In this document: piece after piece, positions 39,179 through 50,299 of the stretch
How the letters are laid out: every line of letters starts with the position of its first letter
How positions within the stretch are numbered: the stretch's first letter is position 1
Virus record (IMG/VR): IMGVR_UViG_3300013104_000001
Coordinates: 124,001 to 188,000 of that record
Length of the DNA stretch: 64,000 nucleotides
Direction: 5' to 3' (one strand)
Made by a program: the position numbers and the translations under genes
Notes under the pieces: model-generated
The model's database searches: none
Told to the model about the DNA's origin: nothing
The model's input: the letters and a program-made list of their open reading frames with translations, nothing else

Positions 39179-40048
39179 TCAGTTAGTGACCTGGTTATTA
39201 CGAGCGTCTTCAACATCCTGCGCGTAACCATGCTTGATCGCCTGCACATCAGCGGTGATTTGCTTCATGCGGTCTGGCAGATCTTGCGTGTACGGGTTAG
39301 CGTTCAGCGGAGCAGTATCTTTAAGGATACGAGCAGCCAGCTGATCAACGGCCAGGTTCATGATGAACGTACCGGTGAACTCGATGCTGTGCACCCAGTC
39401 AGCTGCACCCTGAGACTTGTCGAAACGAGACTCGCGAGTACCAGAAGACTTAGGACGCATGTTAACACCCAGATAGGCGTTAATGACTTCCAGACCAGTC
39501 GGGTCAGATTCAACGTACAGGCAGACCATTGAGATCATGTCTGGCAGTAAATCTGTCGGCGGGTTAGGGTAGGTCATGATCAACGGACGTTTAACATCCG
39601 GGTCCATGATGAACAGACGGATCCACCACTCGAACAGAGTACCGTGTGGGAAGCCGTACTTTTCACCGATCTCATGAACCGGTACAGGTTGCTGTTGGGT
39701 AACGTTACCTGGGTCGTGCTGTTCAGCACCGGCACCGCCGGCAGGCTGAGTGAAGTCATCAACCGTCAACGCGCGCTGGAAACCCGTAATAGTACGGGTG
39801 TGTTTTTCCATCACGGTTTTGATGTGACCATGCCACAGTTCAGGATGATCCAGATAACGGATAGCACCAGGTGTTTCGAGAACGAAACAGCGCAGTTGCT
39901 GCTGGCGGAAGCCGGCGTTGTCAACGTAACGTGCGAGGTTGGCGTTGAAGCCAAAGTAACCGCCCGTGAGGGCGTTTACCATGGTTGCGTTCGTGAACGC
40001 TGCCGGACCTACCCCAGGCTGGGCGGTACTGTCAGTAAAACGTGGCAT
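39179..40048 (-). CDS. tail tube protein (phiKZ gp30-like)
   Basis: 289 aa directly downstream of the sheath gene; EKYG.P, WIRLFIMDPDVKRP, NMRPKSSG. Confidence 0.85.
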   Translation of the reverse strand: MPRFTDSTAQPGVGPAAFTNATMVNALTGGYFGFNANLARYVDNAGFRQQQLRCFVLETPGAIRYLDHPELWHGHIKTVMEKHTRTITGFQRALTVDDFTQPAGGAGAEQHDPGNVTQQQPVPVHEIGEKYGFPHGTLFEWWIRLFIMDPDVKRPLIMTYPNPPTDLLPDMISMVCLYVESDPTGLEVINAYLGVNMRPKSSGTRESRFDKSQGAADWVHSIEFTGTFIMNLAVDQLAARILKDTAPLNANPYTQDLPDRMKQITADVQAIKHGYAQDVEDARNNQVTN

Positions 40049-40049
40049 A

Positions 40050-42137
40050 TTACACTAAGTCCTCTTGGTTACGTGAGACGACCGTGAAGCTGCCGACGTA
40101 CATGCCTTTATTAAAGGCTGCACTCACCTCACAGGAGTAGCGGACGCGTGAATTCTGGTCTGCGATAGTACGGAACGAGTTCACGCTGATAACAACGCGG
40201 TTGTCGTAACGGTCCTTACACAGGTTTTCCAGAATACGGTTCAGCTCGCTCAGAGTCTGCGCGGTGGTACGGCGAGTGTCCACACCTAACATGCGATACG
40301 CCTGCTGGCACATTTTCTCAATGTCCACACAGATCGCCAGCGAGATTTCGTCACGCAGCACGGATGCTTCGGTATCGTACACGGTCTGCACATGCAGAAC
40401 ATACGCTTGCTTACGGTTATAAGTTTGCGCATAGTTCAGGCCCAGGCCCCACTCGGTATTACGAACTTCGTTTGGTTCCCAAAGTGAATCCAGGTTTTTC
40501 AACAACTGCACTTTGTTGTTTTCAGCTGCGTCGTACGCAAACGAGTTCTTCAACACGCCATCAGCAGCACCCGCATAACGAGAACGCTTATAAGCATGAT
40601 CCAGCAGATGCGGGTAGAAGTCATCGCCATCATCTGACGCTAACTGACCAGACTGCATGAAGAACACTGCACGACAGGTTGAGGTGCCGTACAGGGATGA
40701 CTCTGGGTAGAGCATCGCGTAAGCACGCAGAGACGCCGCCATAGAACGTTGTTCCAGACTTGACAGGCGAGCACCACCGGCAATGAAGGTACCAACGTAG
40801 CAGACGATGTCTTTACGTTTACCCAGCAGAGAGATCATCGACTTCTTGGTTTCGATACTGTAGCCAGCATCCCAGTAAGCCGATACCGGATAACGTGCAT
40901 CATCCAGCATCTCGATGTCTTCCAGCGCACCGTAGTTGTCGAACTGCTCTTTACACAGCGCGTCGTATACGGAAGTCGGGGTAATCGCTTTGCCGTTGGC
41001 ATCAGTACCAGACAGCGTACCATCAGAACCACCTTCAGCATAATAGATCGCTGTGTCGTTCAGGTTGATGCCGCCTTCAGCAGCGCCTTGCAGACGGAAG
41101 GTGTAGTAAGGACTGCCGTAGAAGTCCACACCGCCGATGAAGTTGATCTGATGCTCGGCATTTTCACCTTGCAGCAGGCCAGTGTTCACAGGTTGCTCTG
41201 CCGCGTAGATCTGCTTCAGAATTGCATCCAGGTTAGACTGATACACATACAGCCCGTCCATTGGACCCGGCATTGGGGATGTGCCGTCATCACCGCTGTT
41301 CGCGTAATCACGCAGACGGATCGCCAAACCATACTTCGTGTCAGTCGCTTTATCAACGACGTCCTTACGGAAGGCAAAGTTGATATTAGACGCACGGTCC
41401 AGTGTCAACTTAGTCACCGCAGTGGTTTGTGCATTTGGACGTTCGAAGAAACGCAGACGATAGAGCTGGCTCAGCTGATCAACGGCAACATTGCTGTTCA
41501 GTGGGTCAGTGCTCTTAGTCGTTGGTGCCCACAGAGACAGGCCAACGTTATTACCGTATGCACCTGGAGTAGAAACTTCCAGATCCAGAATCGGGTAATA
41601 ATCAGACTGAACGCCAGTACTTGACATCAGCTGACCTTTGCGCTTCTCAGAAGTGCCGAACGGTTTTGCAGAGTCACGGTTAACCACCAGACGACCGACC
41701 AGACCAGTTGTAGTCGTGTCTTCGAAAGTTGGATTACCATCTGCATCTTTGACCACAGCGCCATCTTCATCGCGCGCATAGTCTTTAAACGTGTCAGCGA
41801 CGAGTTCAATCCCCAGAGTGAACATCGCTGGCTTAATCGCATCAGCCGGCAATACGCGCTGAACGATAAGGGTATTTGCCGCCTGGCTAAAAATGTTCGC
41901 AAAGGCAGAGCCCATTGTGAAGAACTTAGACAGGTGGTTAAAGGTTGATGAACCATACAGCGTGGCCAGCAGCGTCGGGTCGATCAATTGGGGCTTGAGA
42001 TCACCGCGCTCTGCCAGTAAGTAGATATGCGGAAGGTGCTGGGGGAACACCTCCGGCACAGCTACCGGTGCTTTTACGGAATCATCCCTGATACCATTCA
42101 GGATAAACCGTGGTGCACCGTTGGAGATATTTGACAT
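40050..42137 (-). CDS. tail sheath protein (phiKZ gp29-like)
   Basis: NGAPRFILNGIRDDS, PQHLPH, WDAGY, YPESSLYGT; ATG at 42137 after AAGGAG. Confidence 0.9.
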   Translation of the reverse strand: MSNISNGAPRFILNGIRDDSVKAPVAVPEVFPQHLPHIYLLAERGDLKPQLIDPTLLATLYGSSTFNHLSKFFTMGSAFANIFSQAANTLIVQRVLPADAIKPAMFTLGIELVADTFKDYARDEDGAVVKDADGNPTFEDTTTTGLVGRLVVNRDSAKPFGTSEKRKGQLMSSTGVQSDYYPILDLEVSTPGAYGNNVGLSLWAPTTKSTDPLNSNVAVDQLSQLYRLRFFERPNAQTTAVTKLTLDRASNINFAFRKDVVDKATDTKYGLAIRLRDYANSGDDGTSPMPGPMDGLYVYQSNLDAILKQIYAAEQPVNTGLLQGENAEHQINFIGGVDFYGSPYYTFRLQGAAEGGINLNDTAIYYAEGGSDGTLSGTDANGKAITPTSVYDALCKEQFDNYGALEDIEMLDDARYPVSAYWDAGYSIETKKSMISLLGKRKDIVCYVGTFIAGGARLSSLEQRSMAASLRAYAMLYPESSLYGTSTCRAVFFMQSGQLASDDGDDFYPHLLDHAYKRSRYAGAADGVLKNSFAYDAAENNKVQLLKNLDSLWEPNEVRNTEWGLGLNYAQTYNRKQAYVLHVQTVYDTEASVLRDEISLAICVDIEKMCQQAYRMLGVDTRRTTAQTLSELNRILENLCKDRYDNRVVISVNSFRTIADQNSRVRYSCEVSAAFNKGMYVGSFTVVSRNQEDLV

Positions 42138-42338
42138 TACTGTCTCCTTCACTATCGATAGTTTGTTTGTTTGTCACTTGCGGGAAACTTAGTTTGCCTT
42201 AATTAAGGTCTACCACGTACATCCTGTTTACCCGGGAGTAGAAAGTAAATGGTATGGTTCACTATTAGCTTTAACCCTATCAGTGCCATAGAATAAAGTG
42301 TTATTCTTAACATAAACGCCTATAGAGGGTTTTTATCG

Positions 42339-43301
42339 ATGTTTAAGTCCCCTTACAATACCACGACCGCACGTTGGATGCCGGGGTTGGATGGTATTAG
42401 AAAAGAATTGCGGTTGGCGAAAATTGAACGGCGTTTGACTCCTGCATCCACAGCGATTCCGGTTAGTGACCCTCTTGGCGCTGCTCCATCAAGTAGTGAT
42501 CGACTGTGGTATGTCGTCAGTGGTTTGCCAGGCGTAGAACGCATTCCTCCTTTTATGCACCCTGTGATGTTTACCGATACCTTAGGGCGGGAAAACATGG
42601 CAGTGGATCTAAGAGCAGCTGTTGGTCTCAATCCGACCGGTCAAGGCTTGGTTATCCGTAACCGAAATGGTCAGCTCGATGCCGAGCAATTAATCGTACG
42701 TATGAAAGCGACCTGGCATTGGGAATCCGAACCACGTGGCCCAAGCGACATGCTTAACATGAGTCCAATTCCAATGCGTATCTTTGCACGTTGGTTAACG
42801 GAATCTGTTGCGCGTCGTATTGGTCTGGATTACGACGCAGTGCCACGTTACCTGGTGTACGCTTCCTGGTTCTACTTCTGTCAGTTCTTTGAAGCATCTC
42901 AGATGAGCGATGACCTGCGTATGCTCGCCATTCAAAAGATTTCCACTCAAGGCAAACTTGCCCGTAATATCGTGGCGGATGTTTTGATAGATGTCGACTA
43001 TATTGGCAGCATCACAGAATTCTGCGATAAAGCACAATCCGTGGTTGGCGCTGATCAATTAAGTCTGGTTGATGTGAAGACCATTATTACCTTAGCGGGT
43101 TCTGCATGGTTTGGTCAGAATGCCAAAGAAGCCGGCGGCGTTGCATTGGAGTATCCGCCAATGTTCCTGTCGATGCTCTATGGTTCGCTCGGTAACCGTG
43201 CTTATCGTAATACTGCCATTGGTACTATTGCCGATCGCAAAGATTACAAACAGGATTCAGCTATTTTCCTGCGAGCCTTCTTAGGAACGATTAACGATTA
43301 A
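42339..43301 (+). CDS. virion structural protein (phiKZ gp28-like)
   Basis: MFKSPYNTT, IPPFMHP, WFG, ALEYPP motifs; synteny. Confidence 0.75.
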   Translation: MFKSPYNTTTARWMPGLDGIRKELRLAKIERRLTPASTAIPVSDPLGAAPSSSDRLWYVVSGLPGVERIPPFMHPVMFTDTLGRENMAVDLRAAVGLNPTGQGLVIRNRNGQLDAEQLIVRMKATWHWESEPRGPSDMLNMSPIPMRIFARWLTESVARRIGLDYDAVPRYLVYASWFYFCQFFEASQMSDDLRMLAIQKISTQGKLARNIVADVLIDVDYIGSITEFCDKAQSVVGADQLSLVDVKTIITLAGSAWFGQNAKEAGGVALEYPPMFLSMLYGSLGNRAYRNTAIGTIADRKDYKQDSAIFLRAFLGTIND

Positions 43302-43306
43302 GCGGG

Positions 43307-45868
43307 GTGTGTATGACAAGTCCGTTAGTGGAACATGCGATTGAATACGCATGGGCCAACCCACAAGCGGATAGACAACACGTTCTACGTCTGGCAAGGG
43401 TGTCACGTGATGTCGGTGCTATGAACTACACCAGAGTCATGCGCATCGATATCCCCTTGCCAACACGAGAAGAAGTCTATCACGTTTTTCAGATCGGACA
43501 GAACCACCCTTGGGAGTGGAACTTTGGGACACGTTATGTCACCCCGATCCCGTATGAGACTTGGATACCATTAACTGAACTCAATGAGAAACAGTTGCTG
43601 GTCACCAACGCTTATATGGACAATGGTGTGCAGTTTCCTAATGCCGGCGTATTTGTACGCATGCGTTATGATCATAACATCATTGTGGCTGTAAAACAAT
43701 TTGCCAATATGACCGTGCCGCGTAACGTACAATGTTATCTGCGCGTGTACTCGAATGCACAATTCGAAGACGGTGATCTGTGGGGGCTTGCCATTGAGAA
43801 CTTCGGTGGCATGTGTGTTAACCCAACCCAAGTCCTTGAATGGCAGAACCGTTATCTCACATTAAAGAACAGCGGGAAAGGTTTAGCACAAGCATTCTTA
43901 AACGGTGTGCTGGTTGATGACTTTCCACCAGGTAGTTACCGGGCCCGCGATTGGATTGATGTTCGCTACGATGCATCAGTGCGTAAAGTCGTTGACTTCA
44001 AAGTGGAAGATTTACTTTCCTTTATGTCGACCAAAGACAAGAAGCGCAAATACATCGTTCACCCTCCGCGTGGCAGCGATGATTTTGATGTCATCTATCA
44101 TGATGACCTCGACTTCTGGTTAATTGGCCCCGATGGTAAAGGTGTGTACTTTCACCGTAACCAGCCAGATGCAGTACGTCAGTTAACTCATCGTGATTAC
44201 AGCGTGGCAGTCGCTTACGTTGCTAACGCCGTGATTAACTTCCCAGCCTGGTTGAACGTTGATCAACTGACCTTGCGGGTAGTGATGCGTCGTGGTGGCC
44301 GTGAGAACACATTGGTTCATGAGGCACATCGTCTGAAAGAGATGTATAAGCTTCCTGACAATCTGATTCTGCAAGCCTTCCAGGGAATCGATTCTACGCT
44401 GCCTGAATGGTCTGCTGACGGATTAGAACAATCCTGGTACAATACGCTGCTTGGCACGCCGTATCCTTTCCTGGATACCCCTGTGGTGCGTGATGCGTAC
44501 GGTTATAATGCATTAACGAAAGTGATGGCAGATACACCGGTTCTTACAACCACGTCAGGTCTGGGACAGATTGCACCACTGGCACCTTCTCTTCGTGAGA
44601 ATGCAACGGTCTACGAATATGATGCGGATGGCAAATATCTGGGTTACCAATACTGGATTGCCGGTAGTCGTTATATTGCCCGTAGTCCTAATTGCGCGCT
44701 GATCGAACCTCGCAGTGGTCAGGTATCGAAAACCCTTGACTATGTCTTTGGTAATGCGATGGTCCCCTTGAAAAAGGAATATGGCTATCGCTTGTATCAG
44801 GCTAAGTGGGTTGAAGGTGTGGTTGATGAAACCACCTGGATCGATGTGACCAACGACAGCAGTGTTGCAAAGGTTGATAACGGCGTAGTCTCCTGGTTAC
44901 ACAACCCAGTACGACGTGTGGGCTTGGTGTTGTTTAACAGCAAGTTCTTAGGGTATGACTTCACGCTGAACTACGCGGACAAGTCTCTGACGTTTGCAAT
45001 TACCCATACCTGGAGCTCAGGTGGATTGCTCTCGCCGTTCCCGTTAGGCCAGATTGAAGTTATCATGAATGATTACTCGCTCATCCCAGGGCTTGATTAC
45101 TTCATGGACTTCCCTCGGATTGTTGTGGTGAATAAAGACTACATCAACCAAGGCGGTGCACAACGTTTCACTGTGCGCTGTACTGGCTTTGCGCAATCTG
45201 ACATGTCACTGCAACCTGTCAACGATGCTGGCTGGCTGATCTTTAATCAGATCTCTGCCAACGATGTGTACAACTTACGTGATGATCGTACAGTGCGGTG
45301 TATCCTGCGCGGTAAGGTTGTTCGTAAAGAAGATCTGGTCTTCACTGAAGATCTGATGGCGCGTACACTGACAGCGTCTAGCAACGGCGACCCGTATCAC
45401 ATCACAAACGTCATGGCTTCAGTGCGTGAAGTCAATGATTACGACAGCTATCCGCTGCGTGATGCTTCCATTGATTTGGACAAGCGTCTATCAGCATATC
45501 TGACTGCACATCGCCCGCAACCTGATTTAGGTAGCCCTGCGGTGATTGATGACAAGTACACCTTGTACTCACCTTTCCTGTGTAAGATCATCAACGACAT
45601 TCGTTTGAAAGTCTTGGTCGTCGGAACAGGTTGGCAGTCTGATCAGAATCTGGATAAAATAGTCACCCCGTATAAATGGTGGTTGAATTACGATCCCTCT
45701 ATCAAAGACGATATGGATTGGACTTATGTGCAAGTACATCCGCACAATGAGGAAACCGCTATCCAGGTGACTGCTGTCGAATACGCATTCCTGAACCGTA
45801 TCATTGCTCTTTACCTGAGTAACCGCGTTCAATTGTCTGGGCATCTCACGATCAAGCAGGATACCTAA
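43307..45868 (+). CDS. virion structural/baseplate protein (phiKZ gp27-like)
   Basis: WANPQADRQH, RQLTHRDYS, AYGYNA, LYSPF; synteny. Confidence 0.75.
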   Translation: MCMTSPLVEHAIEYAWANPQADRQHVLRLARVSRDVGAMNYTRVMRIDIPLPTREEVYHVFQIGQNHPWEWNFGTRYVTPIPYETWIPLTELNEKQLLVTNAYMDNGVQFPNAGVFVRMRYDHNIIVAVKQFANMTVPRNVQCYLRVYSNAQFEDGDLWGLAIENFGGMCVNPTQVLEWQNRYLTLKNSGKGLAQAFLNGVLVDDFPPGSYRARDWIDVRYDASVRKVVDFKVEDLLSFMSTKDKKRKYIVHPPRGSDDFDVIYHDDLDFWLIGPDGKGVYFHRNQPDAVRQLTHRDYSVAVAYVANAVINFPAWLNVDQLTLRVVMRRGGRENTLVHEAHRLKEMYKLPDNLILQAFQGIDSTLPEWSADGLEQSWYNTLLGTPYPFLDTPVVRDAYGYNALTKVMADTPVLTTTSGLGQIAPLAPSLRENATVYEYDADGKYLGYQYWIAGSRYIARSPNCALIEPRSGQVSKTLDYVFGNAMVPLKKEYGYRLYQAKWVEGVVDETTWIDVTNDSSVAKVDNGVVSWLHNPVRRVGLVLFNSKFLGYDFTLNYADKSLTFAITHTWSSGGLLSPFPLGQIEVIMNDYSLIPGLDYFMDFPRIVVVNKDYINQGGAQRFTVRCTGFAQSDMSLQPVNDAGWLIFNQISANDVYNLRDDRTVRCILRGKVVRKEDLVFTEDLMARTLTASSNGDPYHITNVMASVREVNDYDSYPLRDASIDLDKRLSAYLTAHRPQPDLGSPAVIDDKYTLYSPFLCKIINDIRLKVLVVGTGWQSDQNLDKIVTPYKWWLNYDPSIKDDMDWTYVQVHPHNEETAIQVTAVEYAFLNRIIALYLSNRVQLSGHLTIKQDT

Positions 45869-45870
45869 TA

Positions 45871-47595
45871 ATGAGTGATCCTTTATCAAACCTTTTCGCC
45901 AGTAAGCAGACGGTTGCCGTGGTGGCCAAACCAACCATTCGTGACGAGAAAGATGAATGGCGCATTTGGAACCGCGAGGTCATTTACGTCCCTGGCGTTC
46001 CGGTAACGGAAAAGACCAACTACATCGTCCCCAAGTTCAATGATCTTGTTTGGGATAAGTCACAAGGTTGGTTCTATGTATCACATGTCGACCTGGAAGG
46101 GGACCTGACCTCTACGCTGGAAGCATGGCAGCCGGCTATGACTGAAGGCGGTGATCAGGATGATCTGGTTGTGCTGGGTAACATCTCCCGTCTGACCAGC
46201 GAGTTCATTATCTGTGCAATCGACTATTCACAGATGCCACCGACTATGATCGTTGACGATCGTATCCAGATCAATGGTTCCATGGCGAAATATGCCAAGG
46301 TGTTCCTGGGTGTGGATATCGGTACAGCCGGTCAGGTCGTAAGCTGTGTGTTTGATAGTTCAGGTAACGTAGTCAGTGAGAACATTCCGCTCGAACTGAT
46401 TGCACTGCCAGGTCTGTTAAACAAAACCATTCGTCGTCCTATGGTCTGTAATGTGAGCGGTCACTTGGATGATGGCGAGATCGTGTCACTGGTTGTTTAC
46501 GATGACAAGGGTGGTTGGATTCCGCCGGTGTACCGCATGACCGTACAGAACTCTGCCTTTGTTCGTCAAGCTGAGTCTGGTCAGAAGTACATCAAAGGCA
46601 TTCAGTTGCTTTCGCCATTTACTTCAAGCAGCGATCCATTGCTGTTAGAAATCCCGGTGAACGTCAACAGCCTGGCATCGATCGAATTGCGTGGTCGGGT
46701 ATGGTACAGTGATAACTCTTATAAAGACGTTACCATTGATGGCACGAAGATGGTACTGAACGGTGCGAAGGAATATATCCCAACCATCGTCGGTCAACGT
46801 GCTAATGTCACCCTGACCTATTTCTTGTCTTCTGATGAGAAAGCAATCGATGCGAATGGCGGTGAACTTACCCATAAAGACGAAACCTACGACATCACCA
46901 CGGTCGAAGCGATCGGTGCTTATTCACCGAAGCTGTATGGTTATCCGCTCTGGGATGTGAGCCTTGGTGCGTTTACCAAAATGTCATGGTGGCTTTATAA
47001 CCTCGATCGTCAGATCGCGTATGAAGTTACTGATAAAGTTGACATGGCGGTGAACTCCCCTGCATTCGACCCAGCGTTGTTTGGTACTGTCCAGCATCTG
47101 AAAGCCGCAGTGACTTTATCGCAGGTTGATAGTCGCTTTAAAGCTTATCGTCATGTGCAGGCCATCGATGTCACGCTGTATCAACCGGCAACGTTAAATG
47201 GCACAGCATGGACAGTTGGTTTTGACCCAGGTCAGAATCCTGTTTACGGTCCAGGGCTGAAATGTACCATCAAGTCCATGGCTGCAAATGCGCGTACCCT
47301 GCGTGTTGATTCTGGTCTGGCGACATACGCTGATTGGTTAGAGCAACTGTATTACAACATTCGTCCGCTGCGTGCGGTTAACTCAGAAACGAAAGCGCCT
47401 GAGCCAACCCACTTCATTCTCTACATTGACAGTACGCACGAATACCGTTTCCCGATTGCCAATTGGAACCAAGACCTCACAGTTGATATTAACGTGAGCA
47501 ATGGCCAGTCGGTCTGGGTGAAATGGATTAAAGCAGATGCAGGTAATACTGAACTGCAGCTGGGTGTATCTTCACTGGTAGCGAAAACAGCTTAA
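45871..47595 (+). CDS. virion structural/baseplate protein (phiKZ gp26-like)
   Basis: 574 aa directly upstream of the terminase; beta-rich composition. Confidence 0.75.
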   Translation: MSDPLSNLFASKQTVAVVAKPTIRDEKDEWRIWNREVIYVPGVPVTEKTNYIVPKFNDLVWDKSQGWFYVSHVDLEGDLTSTLEAWQPAMTEGGDQDDLVVLGNISRLTSEFIICAIDYSQMPPTMIVDDRIQINGSMAKYAKVFLGVDIGTAGQVVSCVFDSSGNVVSENIPLELIALPGLLNKTIRRPMVCNVSGHLDDGEIVSLVVYDDKGGWIPPVYRMTVQNSAFVRQAESGQKYIKGIQLLSPFTSSSDPLLLEIPVNVNSLASIELRGRVWYSDNSYKDVTIDGTKMVLNGAKEYIPTIVGQRANVTLTYFLSSDEKAIDANGGELTHKDETYDITTVEAIGAYSPKLYGYPLWDVSLGAFTKMSWWLYNLDRQIAYEVTDKVDMAVNSPAFDPALFGTVQHLKAAVTLSQVDSRFKAYRHVQAIDVTLYQPATLNGTAWTVGFDPGQNPVYGPGLKCTIKSMAANARTLRVDSGLATYADWLEQLYYNIRPLRAVNSETKAPEPTHFILYIDSTHEYRFPIANWNQDLTVDINVSNGQSVWVKWIKADAGNTELQLGVSSLVAKTA

Positions 47596-47605
47596 TCGTA
47601 ATAAC

Positions 47606-47649
47606 CTGGGTTGGTGGGGTGACCTGCTAACCCAGTTACTTTTATGCGG
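47606..47649 (+). terminator. hairpin with TATGCGG tail
   Basis: CTGGGTTGGTGGG-GTGA-CCTGCTAACCCAG...TTTTATGCGG. Confidence 0.65.
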
Positions 47650-47659
47650 AACAAAAAAT

Positions 47660-49855
47660 ATGATCCTTTATTCAAACGACTGGATTAAATACCAAACGCA
47701 ACCACACGTGCATTACGAGACACCGAATAAGTCTTTTACTGAAATGGCCGCGAAGTATTACGGTATGAATGTGAAGAACTGTTTATTCCATCTCTCGTTA
47801 TTCAACCGTTCGTTGATTGGTGTCGATCCCCATTCTCCCAATTTGACTACTGAGCAGAAGACAGCAATTGCGGCAGAGTGTGCGATTAACTTTTGGTATT
47901 TTATTCGTGAGGTCATCCGCATTCCTGTAAAAGGTGTGGAAGGTGGTATCTCGTATATCGCTAACCGCGGAAACCTGGCGCTATCATGGCTCTACCTTTG
48001 CCACATCGATACCTTTCTGATACAACCACGTCAGACCGGTAAGTCGGTATCTACTGACTGTTTGATGTTGTGGCTCATTTACTTTGGTTCATCGAATAAC
48101 TCCTATTCACTGATTACCAAGGGTGACCTTCGTGCGGAGAACATTAAGCGTATCAAAGGGATGCGTGATATGTTACCGGGCTATCTTGTTCACCGTGATA
48201 AGAAAGACCCAGACAACTCCGAGTGGATCGGTTATCTGAACCTGAAGAACGTTTATAAAGCAGCGATCGCTCAGGGTAACGAAACCGCAGCAAACAACTT
48301 AGGTCGTGGTATTACCACGGCAACCATCCACATCGATGAAGGCCCGTTCCTTTCATTCATTGACGTCACGGTTCCGGCAGCACTGAACGCCACAACCAAC
48401 GCCCGTCGATATGCTGAGATGAACGGCACACCTCACGGCAACATCTTTACAACAACGGCTGGACGACGAGATTCACGTGAAGGTAAATACTTCTACGGCA
48501 TCTTGCAGAAAGCGGCTGTGTGGTCAGAGATCTATTTGGATTGCGTTGACTTCAAAGAACTCTCTGAACTTATCATGAACAACAGCGGTTCGGCGGCACC
48601 GGCTGTCAACATTACCATGTCACATCGTCAGCTAGGGTATACTGATGAATGGCTGCGTAAAGTTATCGCACAGAACCAGAACACCAAAGATTCAGCGGAA
48701 CGTGACTATTTAAACCGTTGGACCTCTGGTAACTTGACATCACCTCTTTCCATCGCACTGAACGAAAAGGTCACATCGTCAATGCGTGAAGTCGTCTGGG
48801 AAGAAGTCACCAAACAGAAATATATCATTCGCTGGTATATCTCAAAACGTGACATTGAAGAGAACCGAGGCAAGACCCATTATGTGATTGGGATGGATAC
48901 CTCGGATGCAACCACCACCGGGGATGGTATCACAGTTGTTATTCGTGATATCCGAGACATGGGTGTGGTCGGTGTCATGAACTTCCGTAACACTAACTTA
49001 GTACCTGTCTCCCAGATGGTTGCTGAGCTTTTGATTACTCACACTAACTCAACTCTGGTTATCGAACGTAACCGTGCTCAGAACTTAATCGATCACTTAT
49101 TGATTGAACTTCCTAAGCGTGGTATCGATCCATTCAAACGCATCTACAATACTCTGACAAACGATCAGACCGTTCGTCGTACAGAGTACCAGGAGATGGC
49201 GTCAACACCACTGGGCCAACGTACGCAGGAGTTCTATGACTCCAAACGTACTTGCTTTGGTTTCTGGACAGGTGCTCAAACTCGTTCGTTACTGTACGGT
49301 ACTGTGTTACAAGAATCGGCTAAGCAAACAGGCTGGCTTGTTCGTGATGCGGAACTGATTAGTCAGATTACTGGACTGGTTGCTAAGAACTCGCGTGTAG
49401 ACCACAAATCAAACTCACACGATGACTTGGTTGTTGCCTGGCTGCTCACGTATTGGTTTATCACCGATGCACGTCACCACGATTGCTACGGTATTAACGT
49501 TGGACAGGTAATGTCCGTCAAAGAGCGTACTCAAGTCTTCTCCGTGCAAGAAGAGGCATGGATCGAACAGCAAGAGCGCTATCGTGCCGAGTTGAGCGAC
49601 ATTATGGATCAACTCAAATCAACCACGAACCCAATGCTCCTCACCCGCCTTGAGAAGAAACTGGTGTTTGTGAAATCGAAGATTGTAGCAACGGATGAAG
49701 CTGCAGTCACTGTAGACCAACTATTACAAGAGGCGAAAGAGGCGAGATCATTGCGTGCACGAACTGATCGTGTTAACAGTTCTCCACTCCGTCGCCAAAT
49801 GGGCTACAAGCCACCTAGCGCACGACGTACGTTTGCTGGGGCCGGTTTCTTCTAA
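47660..49855 (+). CDS. terL: terminase large subunit (phiKZ gp25-like)
   Basis: Walker A QPRQTGKS, Walker B IHIDE, TTTAG coupling motif, nuclease IGMDTS and HDDLVVAW. Confidence 0.93.
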   Translation: MILYSNDWIKYQTQPHVHYETPNKSFTEMAAKYYGMNVKNCLFHLSLFNRSLIGVDPHSPNLTTEQKTAIAAECAINFWYFIREVIRIPVKGVEGGISYIANRGNLALSWLYLCHIDTFLIQPRQTGKSVSTDCLMLWLIYFGSSNNSYSLITKGDLRAENIKRIKGMRDMLPGYLVHRDKKDPDNSEWIGYLNLKNVYKAAIAQGNETAANNLGRGITTATIHIDEGPFLSFIDVTVPAALNATTNARRYAEMNGTPHGNIFTTTAGRRDSREGKYFYGILQKAAVWSEIYLDCVDFKELSELIMNNSGSAAPAVNITMSHRQLGYTDEWLRKVIAQNQNTKDSAERDYLNRWTSGNLTSPLSIALNEKVTSSMREVVWEEVTKQKYIIRWYISKRDIEENRGKTHYVIGMDTSDATTTGDGITVVIRDIRDMGVVGVMNFRNTNLVPVSQMVAELLITHTNSTLVIERNRAQNLIDHLLIELPKRGIDPFKRIYNTLTNDQTVRRTEYQEMASTPLGQRTQEFYDSKRTCFGFWTGAQTRSLLYGTVLQESAKQTGWLVRDAELISQITGLVAKNSRVDHKSNSHDDLVVAWLLTYWFITDARHHDCYGINVGQVMSVKERTQVFSVQEEAWIEQQERYRAELSDIMDQLKSTTNPMLLTRLEKKLVFVKSKIVATDEAAVTVDQLLQEAKEARSLRARTDRVNSSPLRRQMGYKPPSARRTFAGAGFF

Positions 49856-49900
49856 GCCCGCTTGTACATTGTGACATAAGTCACCAGATATATAAGGGCT

Positions 49901-50224
49901 ATGTCACAATTCAATTGCGAGGTACCTATGGTGGACCCGAAAGACTTAAATGTACTGGTAGGGTTGATCAGGCAACTGGAACTCTCGCCGTTGCCTTACA
50001 ATCCCACCCATGTTCTGCAAGAAGGGATGGCTGAACTGAGCGATCGCATCATCGCCAAGATCCGTCGTCATGTCACTGATCAATACGGCTACACCAATCT
50101 ACAGTTTGTGCAAGCGATGCAAACCAGCGGATTCAGTGTATTGCCATTACGACAAGATCTGGTTTCTTGTCATCTGTACGGTTTACCTACCACTAAAGGG
50201 ATGGTCCAAATCCGTCCTCATTAA
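49901..50224 (+). CDS. hypothetical protein
   Basis: ORF behind the GTA-N6-GAC element at 49864 and before a hairpin. Confidence 0.7.
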   Translation: MSQFNCEVPMVDPKDLNVLVGLIRQLELSPLPYNPTHVLQEGMAELSDRIIAKIRRHVTDQYGYTNLQFVQAMQTSGFSVLPLRQDLVSCHLYGLPTTKGMVQIRPH

Positions 50225-50242
50225 GGGTAGTTAAAATTTGAA

Positions 50243-50284
50243 CAGCATAAGGAGAGGAGCGTAATGCTCCTCTCCTCTATGCCG
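50243..50284. terminator. bidirectional hairpin with CAGCATA/TATGCCG flanks
   Basis: AGGAGAGGAGC-GTAA-TGCTCCTCTCCT between convergent genes. Confidence 0.8.
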
Positions 50285-50299
50285 ATCTAATCGGATTTA

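Noticed and set aside
23680-49855. Introns or inteins in RNAP subunits and terminase
   Set aside because: The frames are uninterrupted and of ordinary size, with no visible intein termini or homing-endonuclease motifs.
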